Positions 14,526 to 27,100 of a stretch of 64,000 nt of DNA are shown piece after piece. A program made the position numbers and the translations under genes. The notes under the pieces were generated by a model. The model had not been told where the DNA came from. It did not search any database and saw only the letters and a list, made by a program, of their open reading frames with translations. This stretch comes from the human T2T-CHM13v2.0 reference genome, Homo sapiens. The stretch lies in the NCBI RefSeq assembly GCF_009914755.1, contig NC_060947.1. One strand, given 5' to 3'. How positions within the stretch are numbered: the stretch's first letter is position 1; each line of letters begins with the position of its first letter.

Positions 14526-14806
14526 ATATATATATATACACACATATATATGTGTATATATATACACACACATATATATGTGTATATATATACACATACA
14601 CATATATATGTGTATATATGTATATATACAAAAATTGTATATATGTATATATATACGTATATACACACATATATATACATACACATATATGTGTATATGT
14701 GTATATATATACACATACATATATATACATATACATATATGTATACAATATATATACATATATATATATACACACACACATATATATATATATACACACA
14801 CACATG
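14526..14806. repeat. Compound (TA)n/(CA)n/(TG)n alternating purine-pyrimidine tract
   Basis: about 280 bp of tatatatacacacatatatatgtg-type units. Confidence 0.98.
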
Positions 14807-14896
14807 TATCTATTTAGAAAGTTCCTTTAAGTAAAATATATCAGGGCAAAAATAACAGGGTCTAAGTACTTCATTATATAAACAAGTTTCCTTTTT

Positions 14897-15155
14897 ATTT
14901 AGTTTATTTTATTTTTTTTGAGACAGAGTTTTGCTCTTGTTGCCCAGGCTGGAGTGCAATGGTGCAATCTTGGCTCACTGCAACCTCCACCTCCTGCGTT
15001 GAAGTGATTCTCCTGCCACAGCCTCCTGAGTACCTGGGATTACAGGCATGCGCCACCATGCCTCGCTAATTTTGTATTTTTAGTAGAGACAGGGTTTCCC
15101 CATGTTGGTCAGGCTGGTCTCCAACTCCCAACCTTAGGTGATTCGCCTGCCTCAG
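14897..15155 (-). mobile_element. Alu (AluSp/Sq-like), 5'-truncated
   Basis: gctcttgttgccc, ttggtcaggctgg diagnostics; perfect TSD acaagtttccttttt at 14882-14896 and 15156-15170. Confidence 0.95.
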
Positions 15156-16509
15156 ACAAGTTTCCTTTTTAAAATGAAAATTCCACATTTACTGAACTAC
15201 TGTTATTCCCAGGACTTCTCTGGGTGTTTGGTGATCTCACATAGTTATATAATTTTTGCTCTCAATCTAGTTTCAATCAAAAAATTGTTAATACAATTAC
15301 TTAATTCCTAATTAACATACTCAGTTGAGTGATTATTAAACTCCTGGGGCCATGTCCTACATATGTGAGGCCAAAGACCTGTATACAAAATAGAGAAGAA
15401 ACTACTGGATAAATTTTTCAGTTAGAGGATATTACAATAAGATATAAAAGTATACATATATGTTCATACTCTTTTCTAGCAAAATAGATAATATGAGAGT
15501 CACACATGTTACTCTCCAGCTCTTTCCACTAGAAGATGATCATGTGCGGTGTAGGTGGGCCATGGAGCCCCTAAAGCTTTGCATGGTGCCTGGTCCACAG
15601 TAAGTGCTAAATAAATATTAGCTGAGTAAGTGGACATATGATTGATATTTAAATCATGAAATGTGCATGGCTTACAATTTAAATATTAGAAAATTGTTTA
15701 GAATAGCCAAATTTGGATCACTACACAGACTGTTAAAATTTCCTTGAATCGTCTTCAACCACATCATTATTAATTTACAATTGTATAGGTTATTCATTTC
15801 CATTACTCATTTGATATTAACAAAAGCTATGAAGATAAGGTAAGAGTAATATATATTTATTCTTATAGATGAAGAATTGAAAAGTCAGAAAAGCAACGTG
15901 ATTTGTGCAAGGATGCTGAGGTTTTTAAATGTGAAAACAACTGCAGATCTTCTGACTCCTTGTATAAGAGGCATTCGGCTATACTTACTTCCAATTTAGA
16001 AATATTATGACAATAAACTGTCTGTGTTCTATTTTGTTTTATTTCACCACTCAAATCACTGCTCTTCTTCTTTAAGCAATTAGCATGGCAGAAAATAATA
16101 AAATAATTAATTTTTAAAAAATTTAATAGCTTAATAGTGATCAGTAAACATAACAAATTACCATCAACTGAATGCTGTGTTACATAGAGTGTCAGCTAGA
16201 AATTATTAACTCTAAAGTATTTGATTTGTAAAATGTCAACCATACATCTACTCTCCACTCTTTATCTTTTAATTTAGGAATAATGAATTTCTCTTTGTTA
16301 AAAAATGCTTTCTCAACTGTCTTCAAAAGTCTAAGCTAAAATATCAAAAATAGACTGAAAACCATCTACAGAATACTAATCAAAATTCTCACAGTGATTT
16401 TTGGGTTCAGCAGTTTGCCTAGGCTGAAACTCAACCTTATTTTCTTTAAAAATATGCATACATTTGTAACTATAACAATCACATTCCCGAAGAACCCAGG
16501 AAAAATGTA

Positions 16510-16929
16510 TTTTTTTATTATTATTATACTTTTAAGTTTTAGGGTACATGTGCACAACATGCAGGTTTGTTACATATGTATACATGTGCCATGTTGGTGT
16601 GCTGCACCCATCAACTCATCATTTAGCATTAGGTATATCTCCCAATGCTATCCCTCCTCCCTCCCCCGACCCCACAACAGTCCCCAGTGTGTGATATTCC
16701 CCTTCCTGTGTCCACGTGTTCTCATTGTTCAGTTCCCACCTATGAGTGAGAACATGCGGTGTTTGGTTTTTTGTCCTTGCGATAGTTTGCTGAGAATGAT
16801 GGTTTCCAACTTCATCCATGTCCCTACAAAGGACATGAACTCATCATTTTTTATGGCTGCATAGTATTCCATGGTGTATATGTGCCACATTTTCTTAATC
16901 CAATCTATCATTGTTGGACATTTGGGTTG
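16510..16929 (-). mobile_element. Young LINE-1 3' end (L1PA3/L1PA4-like), 5'-truncated
   Basis: ttattatacttttaagttttagggtacatgtgcacaac...; ORF2 C-terminus HIYTMEYYAAIKNDEFMSFVGTWMKLETIILSKLSQGQKTKHRMFSLIGGN. Confidence 0.95.
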
Positions 16930-19159
16930 TGTAGAAAGAAAATGAAGCACATTTCCTAAAAAGCCATATAAGGACATTTAAATATTTTTATAATTATTTG
17001 CACTTACCATTTTATTTACATAATTTTGACAGCTGAGTAACCTAGTAATATTTTAAAATATATTTTCTAATTAAACACATTAAATTGTCCCAATGGCAAA
17101 CACCTGGAACATAATATTCTTGCAGATGAAATTTGACTCAGAGCCAAATAATTTGATATAAATTCTGAATTTTATCTTCTGTCTTCTTTTTGTAAAGGGT
17201 TCATGTAATTTTCTCTCTCCTAGAAACTAAGAAGCGTCAATCAGGGTACTATTTCTACTTTTCTCAATATATTGCTCTGGAATTCTGGATCAGTCATAAT
17301 CTTTTAATGTCTCTCAACTGTAAAATGGGGCTAATCACAAGGAGTGGATCCAGACTTTGTGGAAACAAAAGCTTATATATTTGGACATGTGGTCTTTAAA
17401 ACCTCTCCAAATATATACCTGTGAAATTATATGGCTTTTAATTATCTTCACAGAAAACCCATATCTACTAACACTGATCCTATCTGAAGATAAAGAAAGG
17501 TGCCATATATACAGAAGGCGCATTCACAAAACATCATGTTTTTACTCTGTTAACCTCACTCAAATCTAAGGAGAATTGGTAGTTACAGCACAGCTTCTGG
17601 ACTGCAATCCTATATATCTCCAGAAACTTAGAATGCACTTAAGAAAAGGTGGGTATCCTGCTAAGAGTAAGAGATTAAGAAACCACCTTCTCAGACCCCA
17701 GTGTGCATTGTTCACCTCAAGAGAAAGAAGTGTGAAGTCCATTTTAATAGCTGACACTTTTAATTAGCTATGGGAATTCTATTCAAAAAGCATTTATTGA
17801 GAGTTGAAAATATGCAAAGGCACATAGGTACATATGTGAATAAGACAGCTAAACAAAGGTTGTTCATAAAAGAGGTAGTATTGGTACTGGAGACAGATTG
17901 GTATGTAAAAGTTATAAAACAGTGCTTTTATAATAAAAGGGAAATACAATCGAAGAATTCTTTAAAAAGATAATGGGTGGAAACAATTCAGAGCTAAAAA
18001 AAAAAAAAGCAACCTGGTATCTTCGAGATGGAAGACATAGGGAATTTAAATTCAGACATATGTAACATGGAAAAAAGGGACTAGCTAGATTTTACTTGAG
18101 AAGCAAATGTTTTGGTCCATATGATCCAGATTCATATGTCTTTGCAAACTTGGCCTAACTGCACCATGCTCCATCAGATGAATTTTTAAAGACCCAAAGT
18201 TCCCCAGTGAAATCACAATGTATCTTTAATTTGAAGTTGTTTTCAAACTCATAAACTCAAAGTGTTCAAAGGCCAACTAAAATGAGTTCAGATTCCTAAT
18301 TTTCTTTATTAACAGCAAATACTAAAATACTGAAATAAAGCATTTAATGTAAATTCACATAGCTGTAGCAGTATAACACACTATTTTAACTTGCTTCTGT
18401 CAAACACTCCTGTTAGTCAAAGCTAAAAATAAAAAGCATCCTTCCAAATGATTCATCAGGTTATTTCCTAATCAATAGTACATAATCCTGACAAAATTAC
18501 ATTGACTAATAGTTTAATAACATCTGCAGTAACAATTTTATTGTTTTCAAAGAAATTATACTTTCCATCTTGATTTAATTTACTTCAGGTGCAACATTTC
18601 CTTATTAATAACAGGAAATATTAAATGTTAACAAAAAAGAAACCGGTACATGCATTTTTGACCCCAGAAAGTAAACATTCACCGCAGTTTAAGTCAACTC
18701 TGCATTGAATAAATTTCCTCTATCCCTCTGATTTCTGCCAATCGATTTCATTTGAGAAAACATTAATTTTCTGAAAGCTCTTCGCTAGTCAAAAGTAAAC
18801 ACAGCCTCTGAAAAAAAAAGACACATTCGACCTTGATTTGTATAAAGGTCAGATTGCTCAGTTTACGGTCCAGCATATACATCTGTCTTTCCTACTCTAT
18901 TCTACAATGTTTGAGAGTAGGGGCTCTAAATAATTTCAGCATTCCCTGTATCTAATATCTTGCTGAAACAGAGTAGGTTACATCAACCATTTTTGGAAAG
19001 AAAAAGTGAAAGCATGAATCAATCAGAACTAGAATCAAGTTCCTCTGTGTCTAAGGCTTCCTTCTACTATGTTTATACTGTCTCCTATTAACAGGTACAA
19101 ATTTATCCCAGAACAAGTGCTAACTTGAAGTTTGCTACATAATAGGCATTAAAAGAATA

Positions 19160-19490
19160 CAATCATCTCTCATTATCCATGGGAGAGTGTTTCTAGGATC
19201 CCTGTGGATATCAAAAGCCAGGAATGCTCAAGTCCCTTATATGAAATGGTATAGTATTTGCAAATAACCTGCACACATTCTCCTGTATACTTTAATCATC
19301 TCTAGATTACGTATGATGTCTAACACAACGTAAATGCTATTCAAATAGTTATTGTACTCTATCATTTATTATCTGTATAATTTTTATGTTGTAATTGCTA
19401 TTTTGTTGGGGTTTTAAAATATTTTCAATTTGTGGTTAATTGTATCCAAAGATGGGAAATCAGTGGATACAGAGAATGAGAGGGCAGCTG
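19160..19490. mobile_element. MER2-like TcMar-Tigger MITE
   Basis: atgctcaagtcccttatatgaaatgg..gtatttgcaaataacc..atcatctctagattac; TA flanks at 19158-59 and 19491-92. Confidence 0.85.
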
Positions 19491-20878
19491 TATTTGTTGA
19501 ATGAATAAAAGAACTCACAACAAACAGTTGATGCAAGTATAACAGTGAAAGAAAAATAATTCTTTGTACCTACAAGTCTCCTCTAAAAAGATGAATCCCG
19601 TCTATTTCTACTTAGAAATTCATTTTTCACGTCTGTGTAGCTGTATGGGTTTGGATATGCAGGCTTGAGAATCAAGGCTGAGAGAGACAAACACATCTGC
19701 CTAACATGAGGCAAAGAATTTGGATTTCTCCATGCAGTACTGGATGGAGGGTATGAGAAGTGGGAAGAGGAAGAGAAGAGAAAGTAGCCAGTATGGCATG
19801 ATGGTGTGATGTTAGAAACTGCATGGAAGGAAAGTGTCTGTGCAAATACTCCAGAGACGGGTGGTTGGTGAGCGTTTTTAGAATACAGATATCTAATACT
19901 GAAATTAAGCTTTTTGGTACTTTGAAAATGCAAATTCTTTCCTCAGTCTCTATCCTTCACAAACCTTGAATAAACTCGACTACATTTCCAAAGAGTTTGT
20001 GGCATGTTTTATGAAAACCAAGAGAGAAGCTGTGTTATGTATTTGAATTGATACTATGAGGGAACAGAGACAGGACTCATCGGAGCAAGATTCCCATGTC
20101 AGTGGTGATCATTAAAATATCTCCGTGAACTGATGAACGTCTTGAAGAGTGTGTTAGGCTACCACAGGGTGTGTCATCCGGGCTCAAGCCAATTAATCAT
20201 ATGCCCAAGTTTTGGTAACACTTGCTGACACCTGGATTCCTCAGGGTATGGGAAAGTACTAATTTTTATAACATTAATGTGCTAGAAATATAAAGGGAGG
20301 TTTGTACTCAATGAAATAAGGCTCTCAAGAAAAAAATCACATTCTATATAGGCAATGCATTAAAAAGAGCTAAATATACTTTTCTGGATGGGTACCAAAA
20401 GAAATAAATTATATATTTTAAAACATTTCCTGAGAGGAAATGAAATTTTAAAAAGGCTTGTGTAACTCACATTTAAGTGAGCAAGGAACAGCAAAATGGC
20501 AATTTCTCACTTCATCCAGGAAGAGAAGACATGCTGAACAGGAAGAAAGCAACCGTAATGTAAGTGACTTTTGAGTGGTGCAGGGAGAGACTCCTAACAG
20601 CATTCAAAATAGAATTTGTCCATTCAGGGAATCACATAAAACTACCTCTAGGACAGCTGCATTGGGCTTTAATTTGAGTGTACAGGCAGCTGCAAAGACA
20701 TTTGCAGAGCTGGAGGAGTCACATATCTTGCATTTACACAGATTGTATAATTAGCAATTAAGAGCAGAAACAGGGCATTAGTAATATCTGTACTTTGAAG
20801 GGTGAGTTTTCAGCAATTGCTGACGCATAAACTGAAAACTCTTTGAAATGCCTACATTCCCTCTGATTGTGGCAGCCA

Positions 20879-21010
20879 ATACTCTGATGTGTACACAATC
20901 TACATTTGCAGGAAGAATCCTGAGACCCACAGCAAATCAGCAATGCTCCTCATGGGAGAACTCCAAATCATACCCCATCCCTGACTCTTAGGACCTTTGA
21001 TAAGATGGTT
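20879..21010 (+). repeat. Left arm of 132-bp inverted repeat
   Basis: reverse complement of 21803-21934 with one mismatch. Confidence 0.97.
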
Positions 21011-21802
21011 CCTTGTGCATTCAGCAGCAGTGTTATGTTCTGATCATTCTGTTTTTACTTTATTTTAAAAAAACAAAACAAAGAACAATAAAAACAACCT
21101 CAGCTTTTCCTTCTGTTAATAGTCTGAGAAGGCATGACGTGAACAGAACTTGGAGGCTGGAGCAAGCCAGAGACTGAAAATAATTTCATACCTGACACTC
21201 AGCTCTGATCCCTACTTCTCAGTCAGAAACAGTACAGAAGCTCCTCAGGTTTCAGACAGCCCCCTTTATTACCTCCTGATATTTTGAAATGGGTGGAGAC
21301 AATCAAAGTAGTGCTCCCTCTTGACTTCCACTTTTCTAGTTAAGAATCGAGAGATTTAAGGACACAGTAAGAAATGAGAATTAAATAAATGCTAAGCAGT
21401 TCAGCACATATGATCAGAAGCAATTCCAACTGTTCAGTTGTGGAATAAGTCCTACTCAAAAGCCAGGCTGTGGAAGAAGAATCATGAGGTGTTTAGGGAG
21501 GCCCAGTCACCTGCTGGTGTGTGTCGGAGGAGGAAGTTAGTCCAGTCATTGTCAGGTAACCCAATACAAATACCACCTCTGGATATTAGAGCTCGAAGTT
21601 GACCAAAGGCCATGGGTTCAAGCCCCTGAATTAGCTCGGAGACTGGAGAGGTTATGTCTCTTGACGGAGACAGGAGAAGCTCTTTATGTTAACATTCTCC
21701 TCAAGGTTTGACTCACCAGTTCAAAATATGACTTCTCTGAGGCCCTCACAGTTCCTACAGCCCACAGCAACCCCTTCTTCCCCTTCTTATCTTTGATAAG
21801 AT

Positions 21803-21934
21803 AACCATCTTATCAAAGGTCCTAAGAGTCAGAGATGGGGTATGATTTGGAGTTCTCCCATGAGGAGCATTGCTGATTTGCTGTGGGTCTCAGGATTCTT
21901 CCTGCAAATGTAGATTGTGTACACATCAGAGTAT
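21803..21934 (-). repeat. Right arm of 132-bp inverted repeat
   Basis: aaccatcttatcaaagg...acacatcagagtat is the reverse complement of 20879-21010. Confidence 0.97.
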
Positions 21935-22675
21935 ATTACCTTTGACTGAGCAGGTAATATAGGGGCGGCAGTTTTCTCGGTGTTTTATATACACCCTCAT
22001 TTAATTCTTATCAAACTTCTACCTCAGATGTGTAGAGTGAAACTTTCTCTCTCTCTCCTTGGACACCTAATGGCAGGCTGTAAAATAATTTCTGTAGGTA
22101 GAAATTGTTGCTCTTCCTCTATCTCTCACAAGCTTCTCCCTATGTGAGCAGGAGTGATTCATCTGATTGGTTAGATGGCAAGAATCTGACTCTAACCCCT
22201 TGGTGCGAGTTTCCCCAGTGCGAGGGGAAAATGAATAAATGTTGAAGCTCACTTGTGCTCTTTACCTGGAGCTCTCACTACACTGTAAGGCAAGCTAGGA
22301 TTATGCAAGCAACTAGATTGCAGACCCAATTATCCCCACATGTAGGGGCCAAGGTTTAGACTTGTAGGAAAACAGTAAAAAGTCTGTGGCATTCTCTAAT
22401 ATATCTATTGTGTAATTAAAGCTAATATTTGGTTCTCTGACCTTAGTGCATACATTTCAGTTTAGACCATGGAAAATAAAACAGTATGGTAAACGATTCA
22501 CCTTAAACCTGGCAACAGGTAATTTGAACCCATATTATAAGAAGAACTCAAGTTCTAAGTGACTCATGTAACTTGTCTGCTTGTTTCCTATTTCATACCC
22601 ACAATTCTTTTCAGCTTAATTTATCAAATGTAAGCTACCAGAAGGCAGGGATTGCATCATTATTTTATACTTGTA

Positions 22676-22837
22676 TTTTTATTTTTTGAGACAAGGTCTC
22701 ACTCTGTCACCGAGGCCGGAGTTCAGTGGTGCAATCATGGCTCACTGCAGCCTCAACCTCTCTGGGCTCAGGTGCTCTTCCCACCTAAGCCTCCTGAATA
22801 GCTGGGCCTAAGCCTCCCAAAGTGCTAGGATTACAGG
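22676..22837 (-). mobile_element. AluJ-type fragment with internal deletion
   Basis: gagacaaggtctcactctgtc..atcatggctcactgcagcctc.. then jumps to cctcccaaagtgctaggattacagg. Confidence 0.85.
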
Positions 22838-24004
22838 TTATTATTATGTTTTTAAAAACTCAAGGCACAATAAACCGCTTAGAGGGTTCAGAAATATATG
22901 CAGGTGATTTAGGTGTACTAATGCATTCATTAAAAATAATCAAGAGGTACCTCCTATGAGGAAGGTACTATAAAGAGCACTTTTATTATATAACATTTAC
23001 TTTTCACCTGTTAGGTTGGTATTTGTATCCCCATTGTAAAGCAAAAATCGGCTTAGAGAGACAAAGCAAATTGCTGAAATTCACGCAACTAGAATATGGC
23101 CAAGCTGGAATTAGAATAAAGCTTTTTCTAAGTCAACTTTTGCATTAACGCTCATTTGCCTCCAACAGGTTGGAAAGTTTCCTAATAGTCTTTCTTATCA
23201 GTAAGGAGGCCAAATTCTCACATTCCTACAATTCAACATCACTCTATAAGAACTGATAACAGCAAAGGAACTTCTAATCCTGGAGGCGCCACATGGCTAG
23301 CACGGTATTTGGCAGAGTGGGTATTGAATAGATTATTGTAGGTTGAAAAATAATAACAAATTCCACAAAAATAAAAAAAAAGCATGCCTCAGTAACATTT
23401 ATAAAAACTGGGTTACATTTCGGTAGAGAAAATCTACTGTCTTTAAGGCCAAATATATGTGAATGTTTTAAGTATCAAAAAATCTAGAATTAACTTCTGT
23501 TTTTTCCTCTCACTATGTTTGCTACTATAACTGCTGTGGTCTACAGAGTCTTTATCTATATAATGTAGATATTCATATGCTTGGCTTATTTCATAGGGTT
23601 GTAAGGAGTATGAAAGAGATGAAATAATTCCAGGGAATACATCTGTCATAAAACTTTTCATCAAGTACTGTCATTATTTGTTTTCGTGACTATCTTTCAC
23701 ACCAAGCTATGAAATTCTTAAACAGAAAGACAATTTTATTCTACTTTGTGTTCTCCATATTTCTCAATATAAAAATCATTAAATGAATGAATTATATAAA
23801 TAATTGATAAAATAATGAAAAATAAACACTTTTTTATAGAAGAGGTTCATTATGTTTATATATATATAAATGTTCATAAATATAATCTGTGTATATATGC
23901 ATAACTGTATGCGTATGTATAATAAAGTGATTGAAATGTTGTAAAAGTGAGTTACTTTTAATTGTTAATTTCCCTGCCCCCATTCCACCCCTCCTCATCA
24001 TCGG

Positions 24005-24105
24005 AATTGGTAACGGCTGTACAGCTCTGTAAATTTACTAAAAATGATTGAATCATACACTGAAAATGAATACATTTGGTGGTATGTAAATTATAGCTCA
24101 ATTGA
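24005..24105 (+). mobile_element. Old L1M 3' terminal fragment
   Basis: tgtaaatttactaaaaatgattgaat..ggtatgtaaattatagctcaat. Confidence 0.55.
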
Positions 24106-27100
24106 TTTTTTTCTTAAAGTATTTGTTTTATTCAAGTTGAAATAGTTTTTGTCTTATTTTGTTTTTATCTGGTGTTTGTTTCACATAGACCTGACACTTC
24201 GGATTTAATACAACATTCAAATTTCCTATCAGGATGCTCTTTCCTGCTTTCAGTAGGCCTGCCATATTCTCTATTTCAAAGTTAGTATCTTAGGGAAGAA
24301 TCCTGTGAACTGCAGAATGTGCTCTGAATATCTACTGGTCTCCAGTTCAGCAAGGTGTCTCTGTTCGTGTCCTGTGACAGCGCACACTGAAATGCGGCTG
24401 CACCTCTTACAAAATTTTGTCCTCCACGCAGATATATGTTGCTGAAGTTCATGTTCCTGCCATGGCCTATGACTGTGAGATCTCTGTATTTTGTGGCTTC
24501 TTTTCATCAGTCCCAGACTAATTTTGATTTACTGGTTTTCCCAACCCTTAGGGGTCTGGTAAAAATATCTTGGCTACTTTCTTCCTATCAATCTGGAATG
24601 AATAGGGTTGTTTAGAGTCTGCCCTTAAATGCAGATTCAAGACGTCTTTCTCAGGCGTTCCTAACTTAATGCCTGTGTGGCACCTTGTCGCTCCAGAGTT
24701 AGGCTAATGTGGGGAATCTTTATGATTATTTCCATTTCCCCAGGCTACTGTCAGACTTTCCCTGCTCTGAGAATACTGCCAAACTCTCCTCTGTAGTGTG
24801 TCCATACAGAGGAAGAAGCCAATATACCCACATCTGACCACTGTGCCCTGTTTTGGGAACCAAAATCTAAAAACCAAACTATCTGTCTTTGCTTTCTTGT
24901 TATAATAATCTTAATTTACCCACCCACCCCCTTCTTTCAGGAAATAAGTGGGTGGCTCTTTGTCAGGGGAGGGGAGCTCAAGCTGAATACAAAAAATTAT
25001 AAGGAAAAGCATGTCGATATATTTTAAAGCTATTATCTGCATTGAATGAGATAATTATTTTAATACATACCTCCCCTTCTAGATCATATATGACATAAAT
25101 TACGGAGGAAATATTACACTGTAATGCAAATGAATTTGAGGTCAGAACGAATTTTAATATCAGATCCAAAATACTAGTTTCAAAAAAAAAATGTTTCAAA
25201 AGGGTATAGAATCAACACATCAGAAATAGTAAGCCACATAGTATACATTTTACCTGAAGGCAGAAACTGAAAGGGATACCTTTTCAATTTCAATGCCAAG
25301 GTAGAATTGCTATAAATCCACATTGTTTATCTGTGACTATGAGGGCTAAGATGATGGATATAACTGTAGCTAATTTCAATTACAGTAACACATAGCCAGA
25401 TAATGGGATCATTAGCACTAGAGTAGACGGAAATATATGCTAATAGAAATTCTGCAGGTATCTCTAAGATAAACTGTTTGAAAAGAGAATGCTTTGTCAT
25501 ACCTGTATCAGATTAATTGAATCCAAAGACCTAATCCATGGCTTGGGAAAATAAGTTTTTTATGATGTTGTGAACTGTCTTACAATTATGAAGACAGCTT
25601 GACAGCTAATAACACTCACAGCAAATACAGAATAAAGAAAACCTTACTTGATGTCAGATCCTGCCCTGCCAGTGTTGTTTCTACTTTTGGATAGACTGTG
25701 CCAATACCTTGATCAGTCAGAGCTCAGCAAGTGGGTTCTGAGCTATCGTATCTCATGAGCATTCTGGGTGGTCTCTAACCCACAGATTCATGATCTCTAG
25801 TTATGGGCAGCCTTATCTGTTAATGCAAAGTATTGTCCACATTTTTCATGACCTACATGTGCTATAAAGTCAAAGAGACTTGAAAGTACTGGCATAGACC
25901 CACAATAGCAAAGAGGTTTCAACATATGAGGTTGCATCACTTGTTAGTAGCTTCCTGGAATACTACACTGAGAAAGGTTTTGGCATGAAGATCAGATAAA
26001 GATCAGTGGAAAGGAGTGTTGTACTCAATTATTAATACTTATCATATGTCTGGGGGGAGGAACCTATGGCTCACTGTCTCTCTATTTGTTGATCTTGGCA
26101 TATGTATTATAATTCTGAGTGTAAAAATAAACGGTATTTGCTAAGGACATGAGATGAGCTGGTATATATACAAAGTGGGGGGTGGCCTAGAGACGAGTAA
26201 GAAACTGTTAATCTAATTTAGCGTGAGACAGCATTTGACTGCAAATCTTTCCCGTGGGCCTGCAACGTGTTTATAATGTTTGTTATGAAGCCATTCTTGG
26301 AGAAAAGCAATAAATACTGTAAAGTATCTGTTAACAGCAAATGGCTATAATGATTAGTGTTTTCATCTCCACTTAAGGTAAATGTAGCCTGCATCTGTTA
26401 TCCTGGCTTAAGATGTCAGGGTCCCAAATTATCCTCTGTTAATCCAATGCGTGCTGTGGCAGCACCTCATTTATGCCACATTTTGTTATTCAGAAATGGT
26501 CTGCTGTATTACACTATTCTAGCTAGAATAAAGGCAAAATTAATTAATATAAGATTTGAAGTTTGAGTAAAAATGCTTATTAATAGATTCTAAACTTTAA
26601 TGATCTCTATATTTTGGAAATAATTATATTAATGGTTATTTTTTTCATTCTCGTGTCTTACCATCACCAGCTATCTTATAATTAAATGCTCAGTTCTATT
26701 ACTAACCGTGTCCTAAAATTCACGCTAGATAATAGTAATTCTCAAAGGCATTTCCTCCTAATATTTTCCATATTTGCCAAAGCAAGAGTTAGAAAGGTGA
26801 ACACTATTTAAAAGGTTAAAAACCATCTATACCTACGTATCAAACTAAAGGCAAGAAATATTTTTATTATGTCATATCTTTAAGTGTAATTTAATTGCTG
26901 TATTTATTTCAGTGTAAAGGAATCAATTAAAAATGAAACTATTTCATATGATAAAAAGTAATTTGTTTTACTTCAACATTTAAAACCATGCTTTACAAGG
27001 GTGCATTATTAATACAATAATATTTTAATATGAGCAATTTTTGTAATTGCATCTAAACTTCATATCTACATTTTACTTAGTATCTTTTTTTCTGCAAGGT

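Noticed and set aside
14423-14834. Six overlapping ORFs of 79-127 aa
   Set aside because: Translations of the TA/CA/TG microsatellite, which lacks stop codons
16394-16864. Longest ORF (156 aa)
   Set aside because: Mostly antisense L1 3' UTR; no gene features
24271-24507. 78-aa ORF and a possible small exon after ttttgtcctccacgcag
   Set aside because: No protein similarity recognised, weak donor; needs transcript data
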